Below are positions 11,998 to 24,142 of a stretch of 64,000 bases of DNA, piece by piece. The translations under genes and the position numbers were made by a program. The first letter of the stretch is position 1. Each line of letters opens with the position of its first letter. The stretch spans positions 29,388,001-29,452,000 of the forward strand of contig NC_043017.1 in the NCBI RefSeq assembly GCF_006345805.1, given 5' to 3'. The notes below the pieces were generated by a model that saw only the letters and a list, made by a program, of their open reading frames with translations, was not told the DNA's origin and did not search any database. The DNA comes from Octopus sinensis (taxonomy: Eukaryota).

Positions 11998-12230
11998 ATG
12001 TTTCTTTGTTAGCCACACAGGGCTGAACACAGAAGAGAGAAATTACAAAGAGCTTTTCTTTTGTAGGAGAAGAAATAAAAAATAAAAAGGTGGGGGGTAG
12101 GTTTTTGATCAAAAGGGATCGCAAAAAGAGAGAAAATGTCATGATGTAAAGTGTAAAGGGGGAAGCAGATAAGGTTTATCAGTGGAAAGAAAAAGCTACG
12201 GAAAAGACCACAGTAACCTCGGTCAATAAA
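11998..12230 (-). mobile_element. LINE 3' UTR fragment (probably Tx1/L1-type) sharing its tail with SINE B
   Basis: Reverse complement ends CTTCTGTGTTCAGCCCTGTGTGGCTAACAAAGAAA, similar to the SINE B tail; LINE clade is inferred. Confidence 0.55.
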
Positions 12231-12613
12231 GTTGCATCATTATAATCGTCGTCGTCATCGCGGTTACAATCATTGGTGCCGTAGTTGTCATCAAAAACAA
12301 CAACCCGCTGCCGTCATTGCCAACGCCTCCAATAATACAACCGAACAGCACGTGACATTCTTCTCTACACCTTGCTCGTCGTCATCATCCTTCCACTTCC
12401 TCATCGTCATCATTCCCAACACCAACGTCGCCAACACGATCGCTGACACCACTACCGACGCCATGTTTCACACCCACTGAACACTTCGGATTTTTTCTAT
12501 TTCGCTGCACTTTTAGAAATTTAAAAAATTAGTATTGATGTAAGTGTTCACGCTGGATCTTAGGGCCTAATTCACCTTTTATTTTTAAATGCCCCCTTTT
12601 ATTTTTAAGTTAC

Positions 12614-12762
12614 TGTTATGTCGCAGGTTCGGATGCCTTCTACTCAACTCTACTCTCCACTCTGCTACTCTCTCCGACTGTTACTCTTGACGTCTAGGCT
12701 TCTCCCTCTATATCTACGTATTGGGCTAGCCTACTTCATCGCTTGGGGGCGTCCACACAACA
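12614..12762 (-). mobile_element. Short solo LTR (about 149 bp)
   Basis: TG...CA ends with terminal inverted repeats, 5-bp TSD GTTAC/GTTAT, homologous to 40910-41470. Confidence 0.7.
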
Positions 12763-12822
12763 GTTATAGAGGTTTGAAGTTTGATAATTTTTACCCAATA
12801 ACTAAATAGGATTTGGAAATTG

Positions 12823-13237
12823 GGATATTTTCGGTTTGAACGGCAGTTTTTAATATAATTTCTAGGAAAGTAAAAAATGTTTAACTTCGTATACTGGTAG
12901 AATGTGTTTATAAAATATCATTTTCTGTTGGCTTTATTGAGAAAATTCTATAGTTTGTAAGATATTTCTTGTTTTTTTTTTGTTTAATTTCTGCAATTTC
13001 AACCAATGAAATACGTCCATTGAGGTAAACAACATTCTGTGCCGTATGAATATGTCCCTCGCTTAAACAGATTGGGTTTATTTACATCTCTGAAGAAAAA
13101 CAGATACCCTTCCTCCCACCCCTAACCCTAACTCTAAAATAGATTGAAATGCAATAGATCGATATTAGGGTCAGAATTATGGGTGACAATTTCATATAAC
13201 ACCGCTAGAAAAAATTGTCGTTCAAACCGAAAGTTCC
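12823..13237. mobile_element. MITE with GG-starting TIRs and degenerate 8-bp TSD
   Basis: TIR GGATATTTTCGGTTTGAACGGCAGTTTTT; TSD GGAAATTG/GGAAGCTG; same family as 27550-27972 in opposite orientation. Confidence 0.8.
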
Positions 13238-13290
13238 GGAAGCTGTCATTTTGTGCGTGACTGCAATCGTAAGACGACAAAAATATAATG

Positions 13291-13468
13291 ATTTCAAATT
13301 TTGTCACAAGGAAAGCAATTTTATGGGAGGGAGTTAAGTCAATTACATCGACCCTCAGTGAGTGTTCAAACTGGTACTTATTTTATCGACCCCGAAAGGA
13401 TGAACAGTAAATTCGACCTCGGCGGATTTTAGACTCAGAATGTAAACATGGACGAAATGCCTCTAAGC
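13291..13468 (-). mobile_element. Old SINE family B-related copy
   Basis: ATCGACCCCGAAAGGATGAA...TTCGACCTCGGCGGATTT. Confidence 0.75.
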
Positions 13469-13758
13469 CTCGCCTGTGCCTGGTATTCTTTTATTCGTCG
13501 ACTTGATTTAGTTATTTGAGTGCGGCCTTGCTGGAGCACCGCTTTAAAGGATTTTTTTTTTAGTCGAAGAAATCTACCCCAGGACTTATTCTTTGTAAGC
13601 CTGAGTACTTAATATATCGGTCACTTTTGCCGAACCACTAAGTTTCTTTGACGTATACACACACACATCATTTGTCAAGTGATGGTGGGAAGACCAACAC
13701 AGACACATACATATGTATGTATACATGCGCACACACACACACACTCATATATATATAT

Positions 13759-14080
13759 ATATAAGGGATATTAGCCAACTGAATATGGCTAGGGATAGGG
13801 CAAGGTGGTGGGGGTGTCACTGTTGCATTTAGCCCCAGCCGAACATCAACGTCACCAGATAGGCCGACGCCATCACGGCGTCCTCTATCTTGCAAAGGGA
13901 GATCATTCACCAAGAAGCGGATACCACACACGGACCTAGGTTTCAAGGTGTATTGCCTATTATCAACGTGTGGTAGGCATCGCTTCTCGTTGATGTTCGC
14001 CTGGGGCTAAATGCAACAGTGACACCCCCACCACCCTGCCCTGTCCCTAGCCATATTCAGTTGGCTAATATCCCTTATAT
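13759..14080. mobile_element. Fold-back element with 93-bp inverted arms and structured spacer
   Basis: Arms 13759-13851 and 13988-14080 with about 3 mismatches; TA-rich flanks. Confidence 0.9.
13912..13988 (-). ncRNA. Type I hammerhead ribozyme motif, U3-A8 variant
   Basis: CACACG-TTGATAA-TAGG(CAATACA)CCTT-GAAA-CCTAGGT-C-CGTGTG; helix I extends past an internal loop; predicted GUC cleavage at 13933. Confidence 0.7.
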
Positions 14081-14126
14081 TATGGAGCAGTCACTGTCTA
14101 TATCTCATTTAGAGAATTATTATTGC

Positions 14127-14160
<34 letters not shown>

Positions 14161-14352
14161 AGCATATACATACACATACATACACACACACGCACCTAGA
14201 TATATATAGGACAGGCGTGTTTCAGTTTTTATCCTCGAAATCCACTCAGAAAGCTTCGGTTTGCTTGAGGCTACAGTGGCCACGCAGCGGGGCTGAACCC
14301 TGAAGCATACGGTTGAGAAGCATATTTCTTGCCACGCCTGCGCCTATAATAA

Positions 14353-14864
14353 TCTATATCTATGTATATAAAACTCTAGTTGTGTGAGTGTCTGTCCCCT
14401 TCGATTTAGATTCCTGACTCCTCCCACATTTTGCGGTGCAGTTTAACCAAAACCGAGTATCTTATAGTCGTAATTCATATCAAGCCCGTCTGGCTATTAG
14501 CGCGCGTCAACGATGAGTCTACGATTTTAAAAATAATTTAACATCATTTTTTATTCCATTTTAATGCATAATTTTTCGTGTGTCGATGGCGGCGGAGTTG
14601 GCGTCCACGCTCACAGCTGCACCTATTTGCTTCTCCCCCTTCCCTCCCTCGTGAAGCTGTGGGGAAGGGAGTGTAAAGAAATCAAGTCGTAAAGCGTTGT
14701 CAAGGAGACCAGCGTTCTTTTAGAACAACGACTTCATGGCTTGAAGACACCAAAACAGAATGGCTAAGAAGCCCGAATTGGCATCTATAAGGAAGTAGCT
14801 CTCTAAAAATGATTATATATTTATTTCCCTTACAAACCCGAGCGCGGCCGGGCGATACTGCTAG
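14353..14864 (+). mobile_element. Non-autonomous Helitron, copy 1 of a tandem pair
   Basis: A|TC start, CCCGAGCGCGGCCGGG hairpin, CTAG end. Confidence 0.85.
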
Positions 14865-15362
14865 TATATATATAAAACTGTAGTTGTGTGAGTGTCTGTC
14901 CCCTTCGATTTAGATTCCTAACTCCTCCCACATTTTGCGGTGCATTTAACCAAATTCGGGTATCTTATAGTCGTGATTCATATCGAGCCCGTCTGGCTAT
15001 TAGCGCGCGTCAACGATGAGTCTACGATTTTAAAAATAATTTAACATCATTTTTTATTCCATTTTAATGCATAATTTTTCGTGTGTCGATGGCGGCGGAG
15101 TTGGCGTCCACGCTCACAGTTGCACCTGTTTTCTTCCCTCCCTCGTGAAGCTGTGGGGAAGGGAGTGTAAGGAAATCAACGTCGTAAAGCGTTGTCAAGG
15201 AGACCAGCGTTCTTTTAGAACAACGACTTCATGGCTTGAAGACACCAAAACAGAAATGGCTAAGAAAGCCCGAATTGGCATCTATAAGGGAAGTAACTCT
15301 CTAAAAATGCTTATATAGTTATTTCCCTTACAAACCCGAGCAACGCCGGGCGATACTGCTAG
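14865..15362 (+). mobile_element. Non-autonomous Helitron, copy 2 of a tandem pair
   Basis: Directly abuts copy 1; CCCGAGCAACGCCGGG hairpin, CTAG|T end. Confidence 0.85.
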
Positions 15363-15830
15363 TATTAAATAAAATATTTTCATGGCTTTCGTAGCTTCAG
15401 ATTTCGTGTGAAAGTTTGGTATTGGTTTCCTATGTTTTTAGACGTGTTATATTGTTCTTACAACTCGGAATTTTGTCAGTGAACAGGACGCGGTCTGAAA
15501 CCGACGAAAATATTTTGGCAAATTGAATTCAAATGTTGAAGTGAATCTAACGGTTTTTGTGTGTTTATTAAATGGCTTACAAACTCCTTCCACGCTGCAA
15601 TTGTTTTCGTTCTAGCACACGATCTCAGATCAGGTCACTTGCTATGCAAGTACATCTCAGTAATATTGCTCTTAATTTGTTAGAAAACATGGTGAAATAG
15701 TTATAATGAATAGATGTAATGACACACAAAGCAAATAATGAAATACTGAAAATAGAATTTCCTTTCTCAAGACGAACAGTGAAGAATGAACAAAATATTG
15801 TGCCACAAAATTCCGATGCTTTAAAGTAAA

Positions 15831-16333
15831 CTAGCAGTATCGCCCGGCGTTGCTCGGGTTTGTAAGGGAAATAACTATATAAGCATTTTTAGAGAGTTAC
15901 TTCTCTTATAAATTCGGGCTTTCTTAGCCATTTCTGTTTTGGTGTCTTCAAGCCATGAAGTCGTTGTTCTAAAAGAACGCTGGTCTCCTTGGCAACGCAT
16001 TACGACGTTGATTTCTTTACACTCCCTTCCCCACAGCTTCACGAGGGAGGGAAGGAGAGAAGCAAACAGGTGCAGTGTGAGCGTGGACGCCAACTCCGCC
16101 GCCATCGACATACGATGCATTTTATGCATAAAATGGAATAAAAAATGATGTTAAATTATTTTTAAAATCGTAGACTCATCGTTGACGCGCGCTAATAGTC
16201 AGACGGGCTCGATATGAATCACGACTATAAGATACCCGAATTTGGTTAAACTGCACCGCAAAATGTGGGAGGAGTTAGGAATCTAAATCGAAGGGGAAAG
16301 ACACTCACACAACTACAGTTTTATATATATAGA
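15831..16333 (-). mobile_element. Non-autonomous Helitron, inverted copy 3
   Basis: Reverse complement of 14865-15362 with intact TC and CTAG ends at an A|T site. Confidence 0.87.
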
Positions 16334-16614
16334 TAATCAAAAATTTAACGTCATTTGAAATAATGAAAAATCTAATGTCAATTCTTTAAACAATGATATA
16401 ATATGGATGACGCTAGTGCCGTTTGAGAGAAGAAAACAACAATGTCACTTGGACGCCGGCACCACACATATTGGTGAAAGTGTAAATAAATGTATTTACG
16501 AAGGTGGTTCCGTCGCTCGTGCTCTCAGTGCAATAATTATAGAACTAGACATGATCAAACTGATACAAGACATGTTATCTGAGAGAATTTTGAGAAGAGA
16601 CACGAATTGGTTTT

Positions 16615-16830
16615 GACGTAGACATATGTGCAAGATATGGAGGGCAGAAGGTCACGTATGTATGCATACGGAAAATTGGAAGAAGCCCAACATTTTCCCT
16701 AAAGATCAAGGTTCGTCTTTTCCGCACACTGTTCCTCCTACCTTTCCTCCTCTACAATGCTGAGAACTGGACCACCCTCAATGAAGGACTGAACAATGTC
16801 TGCGGAACCGTTTTGCGTAGAATCGAAGAC
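16615..16830 (+). pseudogene. Decayed RTE-type LINE reverse-transcriptase C-terminal fragment
   Basis: DVDICAR...W KKPNI / SLKIKVRLFRTLFLLPFLLYNAENWT...VLRRI resembles the conserved RTE motif ISLKTKIRLFNTLV.PVLLYG.ETWT. Confidence 0.75.
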
Positions 16831-17127
16831 ACACTTGATAAGGGTAAGCATTCATGTAATCATCTACCCGTATAATTATAGCCCAATATTAAAAGCAAGG
16901 AAATATGTGAGTGACGTTCACTGGTATCGACCATGAATTTGATCTCTGACACGTTGTTAACTATGCAACACAGTATGGGTGATTAAACAGTGAAGATAGA
17001 AGATAATCATGATGGCCTCAAATCAAATATCTCTATTGAAGCTATATATATATATATATATATATAAACACGTTTGTGTGGGGTGGCATGCGTGCGTGGA
17101 ATGCTAAATACATTTGTTGATCCTTAA

Positions 17128-18065
17128 CTGTCGTCAGACTCAGATAGCAAGTGCAGCAACCCTGAACTGATTGCCAGACTGCCCTTCTTTACAAGAAACC
17201 AGCAAATATTACTTCACAACTGCATTTATCAGTTGCCCGACAGGAAGAAAATATATGATTTGTGCTCGAAGCAATGGTATAAGATAAGACAATTTTTGAT
17301 AAGCTCGAATATGCTAGGGATACATTTGATTTTTAGTGACGCATTTTCGCTGTGGTTTGCCACCGAGGGAAAATATTTCCCATTCAAGCGTAAGGTGTTC
17401 AAAATACCAGTGTTGGTTTAATGCGCCCCTCAAATTTAGACAATGCTGCGTAATCAGTCTAATGCAATTAGGGCTCTGATTGAAAAGGTGAAGCATATTG
17501 TGGTCTCTGAGGACAACCCACGTGCAAAACACAAACCAGATGTGTTTTGTAATTCCATGTCTTTGTATTTAACAAAAGGTTTTGCTGAAACAGAATTGCA
17601 TCTGAATGGGAAAATTCTTGAAATGATTTAGTAAAAAGATGCCTTTTGTAAATATTTATAAATCCTAGGAAGATCTAATAGAAAGCAACTAGGGAGTCAC
17701 CAGGAAACATATTTGAATGTATTATGTTTAGGATTTTATTGACCTTCCAAAACAACGAAAAAAAGGTATTATTGAAATATCTAGCATTGGATGAGAGTTT
17801 GGGTTTCTATGAAATACGTAATAGAATTGTTCGTATTCTACTGTTAGCTCATTCAAGGGAATTAACAGATCATGGCCTCTTTAATTTGGATCAGCAATGC
17901 TCATACGAAGAAAAGGACAATCCAAATGAAACAAATTACGTCGAGGAATGTGATACATTATTTCGGAAATTTGAAAAGAACCAGCAGTTAATGAGAGATA
18001 ACGGCCCTAGCATGGAACCAAGCATGCGATTTTCGCTAAACGTGGAGGAGGAATATGAACGTTAA
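17128..18065 (+). pseudogene. Unidentified decayed intronless ORF (about 310 codons)
   Basis: Frame 1 from 17128 to about 17740 with 5 internal stops, then 113 stop-free codons in frame 3; non-repetitive, protein-like composition; no family recognised. Confidence 0.4.
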
Positions 18066-18253
18066 AGCCAGATGAATACAGAAAATAAAATCGAAGATAA
18101 CCACGCATTCCCAAAGAAATACATTCATAAATCTATATCATTCTCGTCCTTTTCTCTTCTTCTGTTTTTTTTCATTCTTACATTACACCAAACTATGAGC
18201 AACATATCAATTATACAATTGAATTGTAAATATATTTTCATTCTTTATAAACT

Positions 18254-18454
18254 ACTCTTTTACTTGTTTCAGTCATTTAACTGCAGCCATGCTGGAGCAC
18301 CGCCTTGAGTCGAGCAAATCGACCCCAGGACTTTTCTTTGTAAGCCTAGTACGTATTCTTTCGGTCTCTTTTGCCGAAACGCTAAGTTAGGGGGATGTAA
18401 GCACAACAGCATCGCTTGTCAAGCGATGTTGGGGGGACAAACACAGACACATAA

Positions 18455-18491
<37 letters not shown>

Positions 18492-18664
18492 CATACACAC
18501 ACGACCGACTTCTTTCAGTTTCTGTCTACCACATCAACTCACAAGGATATGATCTGTCCGAGACTATAGTAGAAGACACTTGCCCAAGGTGCCATGCAGT
18601 TGGACTTGAACCTGGAACCGTGTGGTCGGTAAGCAAGCTACCTATCACACAGCCACTCCTGCGC
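18254..18664 (-). mobile_element. SINE family A
   Basis: Tail, body and head all present. Confidence 0.9.
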
Positions 18665-19819
18665 TTATTACAATAAAGCATGATAAATGCTCATCTATTA
18701 ATATTTACTCTTTTTTCTTTCTGTTAAGCTTGCTACTTAATCTATCGTTTTGTTTTTTTTTTCTTTTTCGTGTCTTTGTCTTTTTTTGAACCACTAAGTT
18801 ACGAAAATGTCAGCGAACAAGCAGCGATTGTCGGGCGCTGAAGGAAAATTCAAACGCACATGCAAATATATATATATGTGTGTGTGTATGTATATATGTG
18901 TGTGTGTGTATGTACGTATATATGTATGTATGTATATGTGTGTGTGTATGTACGTATATATGTATGTACGTATATATGTATGTACGTATATATGTATGTA
19001 CGTATATATGTATGTACGTATATATGTATGTATGTATATGTGTGTGTGTGTGTATGTACGTATATATGTATGTATGTATATATGTATGCGTGTGTGTGTA
19101 TGTATGTATGCGTGTGTGGTGTGTGCGTGCGTGTTGTTTTGTGTGTGTATATATATATGTTCATGTATATACCGTGGACTTCCACAAAGTTTCCGTCTAC
19201 GAAATTCAACGAGTCTTCCTTTGACCAAAGTCTATGCTACAAAACACCCTCTCAAGTTGCCTAGCAGTGGTCACTAAACTTGAATTTTAATCACAGCCAT
19301 TGAAATTTCTTAAACAAATTGCTGCGTGATATATATGTATGTATTCACCAGTGCTAACAGTTAGGTGGTTGTTTATCTCCTCAAAAAATAATATCCTTCA
19401 GTGCATCCTTAATTACATGGTTTATACCCAGTAATTACCGTGGGAAAACCCGCGAGACATGCATAGAGTAGTGAGACAGGCATCGTCTTTTCATGCACAC
19501 GATTGCCTTATTTTATTTCGTGGCATCAAGAAATAGTTCACAATAAATTATTTTATAAATATTGTATATATTTATATATTTGTTATACGTCATATGATTA
19601 TTAAACTTCAGATTTTTTTCAAAAGTTTTCTTTCATTTCACGTTAATTAAATCATGTATGTCTTATTCAAGGAAGTAATATACATATGTGCTAATATATA
19701 TATATATATGTATGTATACATATATAAATATAAATGCATATATATGTACATATATATGCATATACATAAACATATGTACACACACGTATATACACACACA
19801 CCCACACACACATATATAT

Positions 19820-19855
<36 letters not shown>

Positions 19856-19983
19856 GGTGTAAATGTGACTATATTTGTATGCATACATATATTAACATAT
19901 ATGTACTATATATATATATATATGCGAAAACCTAAAGGCTCTGCTTACGATAGAGGAAATGTAATAAAAACAAACTAACTTAC

Positions 19984-20037
19984 CAGCGTCGTGAATATGA
20001 AGTGGTAACTTGCCGATAGCATTGTAACTTGTAAAGC
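19984..20037 (-). CDS. Candidate 54-nt symmetric exon of an unknown gene
   Basis: Acceptor CCTTAATCTCTTCTATATTAG and donor CTG|GTAAGT; all three frames open. Confidence 0.35.
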
Positions 20038-20279
20038 CTAATATAGAAGAGATTAAGGTATATATTAGACATGAATACAACCTTATATGTATATATAATA
20101 TATATATATATATTATATATATATATATATATTATATATATACTTTTGTGTGTAAGGTTTTTTTTATTGATAAATTTTGTACAGAAAGCATAAATTACAA
20201 ACATTTAGTACCACAATTTTTTCATGCGTGTATATGAGTCTCTACGTGTGTGTATGCACGAATGCATGCATATATATAT

Positions 20280-20845
20280 ATATATATATATAGATAGATA
20301 TATAGAGATAGATAGATAGATATAGAGATAGATAGATACAGATAGATATAGAGATAGATAGATACAGATAGATATAGATAGATAGATACAGATAGATATA
20401 GATAGATAGATACAGATAGATATAGATAGATAGATACAGATAGATATAGATAGATAGATACAGATAGATATAGATAGATATATAGATATATATAGATAGA
20501 TATAGATAGATATATAGATATATATAGATAGATATATAGATATATATAGATAGATATATATATAGATATATATATAGATATATATATAGATATATATAGA
20601 TGTATATATAGATATATATAGAGTATTATAGAGATATATAGATGTATATATAGATATATATAGATGTATATATAGATATATAGATATATATAGATATATA
20701 TAGTTGTATATATAGATATATATAGATATATATATATAGATATATATAGATATATATATATAGATTATATATAGATATATATATATAGATATATATAGAT
20801 ATATATATATAGATATATATAGATCATATATATAGATATATATAG
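20280..20845. repeat. (GATA)/(GATATA) compound microsatellite
   Basis: Direct inspection. Confidence 0.95.
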
Positions 20846-21973
20846 ATGAGTATAGTGATAGTTTAGTGAATACTGTGGAAAAAGAGATCTGGAAGTGAAC
20901 TTGATTTACTTGAATTTTCAGTTCAGTCATATGATTAGAAGTCATGAAAAGTATAAGTAACTTGCAGAAAGCGTAAGCCATCTTGGCTCATGAATTTGTA
21001 CTTTGAGTTCTGAGGTCTTCTTCTCTCTCTCTCTCTCTCTCATCACAAAAATAATACACAAATATGAATAGCGGAGAGCTGAAGATGTACTAAGGTCATA
21101 TACTTTAAGGATCTGCTATACAAATGGTTTCAAATTTCGGTACAGGCCCAAGTTTTTTTTTTTTTTTTTTTTTTTTAGGAAGTTTTAGTTGATTACATTG
21201 ATTCAGGACTTTAATAATGACCGATACGGATGAAGTCGGCCTCAGAGTAATTTAAACTCAGGATATTATATCGTCAAGCATTTTACCGTTACTCATACGG
21301 TTCTACAAGTTCACATTATAACAAACCTTATCACTCCTTTCTACGATAGGCACCCCCCCACCAAAAAAAAAAAAAAATTAGTGGAAGTTGGATGGTCGAT
21401 TACACTGCCCCCAGTTTTCGCCTGACACTTATTTCGTCGACTGCGTAGGACGAAAGGCAAATTCAATCACGGCGGAATTTGGATTCGGAACATAAATACC
21501 GAAAAAATTACCTTTAAGCTTTTTGTCCCGGATGCTAACGGTTCTGTCAGCTCGCTGCCTTATAAAATATTAAGAATAATATCTAGTACATGTACATATT
21601 ATATTTGGACGATGATTTTCTTGATTGCTACTCTACTTTTTTATCTGACACTGCGAGGATAATTAGCAGAGTCAGTTGCGCAAGGATTTGATCTCAAACC
21701 ATATAAACGTAGAATGCACTGAATTAAGTTTTTCGAGGTTCTAATGATTTGGCCAATCCTGTGTCCCCGACCCATTCATTAGCTTTAATAATGATTTTAA
21801 ACGTGTGTACATGCCGAGCAATTTCGGGTGAGCGATATGTCGATTACATCGACCACATTGTTCAACTCGCACTTATTTTCACCGACCCCGAAAGGATGGA
21901 AAGCGAAGTCGATCTCGGCGGAATTTGAACTCAGAGCATAATGACAGACGAAATTCCGGTGTGCTAACGATTC

Positions 21974-22385
21974 TTATTTCTTTACTACCCACAAAGGGCT
22001 AAACGCAGAGAGGAAAAACAAGGACAGACAAACGGATTAAGTCGATTATATCGACCCCCAGTGCGTAACTGGTACTTAGTTAAACGACCCCGAAATGATG
22101 AATGGCAAAGTCAACCTTGGCGCAATTTCAACTCAGAACGTAACGGCAGACGAAATACCTATTTCTTTACTACCCTCCTGGGGCTAAACGCAGAGAAGAC
22201 AAACAAGGACAGACAAACGGATTAAGTCGATTACATCGACCCCAGTGCGTAACTGGTACTTATTTAATCGACCCCGAAAGGATGAAAGGCAAAGTCGACC
22301 TCGGCAGAATTTGAACTCAGAACGTAACGGCAGACGAAATATGGCTTCGCATTTCGCCCGGCGTGCTAACGATTCTGCTAGTTTA
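21974..22385 (-). mobile_element. SINE family B dimer with head, next to older B-like copies (21380-21973)
   Basis: Junction GACGAAATACC|TATTTCTTTAC at about 22158. Confidence 0.88.
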
Positions 22386-22540
22386 ACGCCTTCGTTGACT
22401 TTAAATATACTATCTGAAGCCTAATACTATCCATGAAACTTAAATCTGAAACTGTTCAGTCTCTTTAGCTATTACCAGACTCAATAGAAGCAGCTAGATT
22501 TAATATTCTAAGTCGCATTAGTAATGCGATATATATCGAT

Positions 22541-23050
22541 AAAAGTCTGTTTTCTGGGGAGAGTCATTCTCTTTTAGTGCCGTATTATTTAACAAACTCA
22601 CCGGTAAAATTTCCACTTATTTCTTATTTTCTAAAATTTTCGTTGCGTCTTGCAACCTTTTCAATAGTCTTGAATCTGTCCGTTATTTACACTGCGTTCC
22701 CTTTTGTTTGTTTGTGCGCATGTGTTGGTCAGTGTGTGTGAGTGCCTATACATGCATACATACATATAGGCACACACACACACTGACCAGCACACATGCG
22801 CACCAACAAACAAAAGTGAACGCAGTGTAAAAAAACGGACAGGGTCAAGATTATTGAAAAGGTTGCAAGACGCAACGAAAATTTTAGAAAATAAAAAATA
22901 AGAAATAAGTGGAAATTTTACCGGTGAGTGTGTTAAATAATAAGGCACTAACAGAGAATGACTCTCCCCAGATACAACAGAATATGCTTCAACACACGAA
23001 CTCATATAAAGAATCTTGCAAACCAAATCCCAAAACGAAATTTGATAAAA
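22541..23050. mobile_element. Family D long-inverted-repeat element with palindromic interior
   Basis: Arms 22541-22670 and 22845-23050; inner sequence is also an imperfect inverted repeat. Confidence 0.88.
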
Positions 23051-24111
23051 GTCATTTGCTTTTTCCTGTTGTTGCAGTTGAAATAAAGATTTAATACACT
23101 GGGTTGTTTTTGCTCGAGCTACATTACATGATATATGAGAAAATGAGACATCGAGAGGAGTAACTTGAGGATTGGTACACACCGATGGTTGAGTGATGGG
23201 AAATATCAGTGGCTCAAGAGAACCAAACAAATTCTACGAAGCACTATTTGCGTATTTGTAATGATTCTAAAAATATTCTTCCCGATTAGAGTGATGATAA
23301 ATTTTATTGCACGTGACAAAATCGCAGTAAATAACTGATGTCTAGCCTGGAAACTTTCTAGCCATGATATAAAGACCACTTATAAAGCTTCTTATTATAA
23401 TATTAATATTTTTCGTTGCTTATGAAAGAAGAGATAACAATTTTTATGAATTTCTTAAAGAGCTCGTGAGTCATTCAGTATAATTTACCTTGACAGAACG
23501 AGAACAGTATCGCCCATAATTTCATACGAGACTGACCATGCGTGTTGCAAAGAACCGAACGATATTGAAAAATGTTTCAAAATGAGCGTTTTGATATATT
23601 ACATTCCTTAAAGAATGGGCATCGATTCTCAAAGTGTACATTTGCATGTATCTATGTATGTATGTGTTTATCTCATTATATATATGGATATGCATATGAT
23701 ATATATATGAACATATATATATATATATATATATGTGCTTGTGTGCGTGCATACACATTTATGTATTTATATATATATGAACATATATATACATATACAA
23801 AAACATACATACATACTTACACATTTACATACACGCATATGTATATACATCAATGCATACATATAATGGAGAACATATATAGTCAGCTCATGAGAAACTT
23901 ACAGACATTTGTCCAGGTTACTATAAAAATGTACTGAGCAACAGTACAACAGATCTGTATAGAAACCAAACAAAAAGCGGGTAGCTGAGTAGCAATCCAC
24001 TGATGCAGTTGATTAAAAGATAATTGAACATGTGTAAAACATCTCAGATATTCCACATGAAGTAACTTGGTGAATATATGCACACAAATCACATATATAT
24101 ATATATATGCA

Positions 24112-24139
<28 letters not shown>

Positions 24140-24142
<3 letters not shown>

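Larger units (their letters stand above)
13480..14344 (-). mobile_element. Old SINE family A copy split by a fold-back element in its microsatellite
   Basis: Tail and body at 13480-13740, head at 14210-14344. Confidence 0.7.

Noticed and set aside
17760-17830. YLALDESL as a piggyBac SIDES motif
   Set aside because: Flanking piggyBac motifs are absent or at the wrong spacing.
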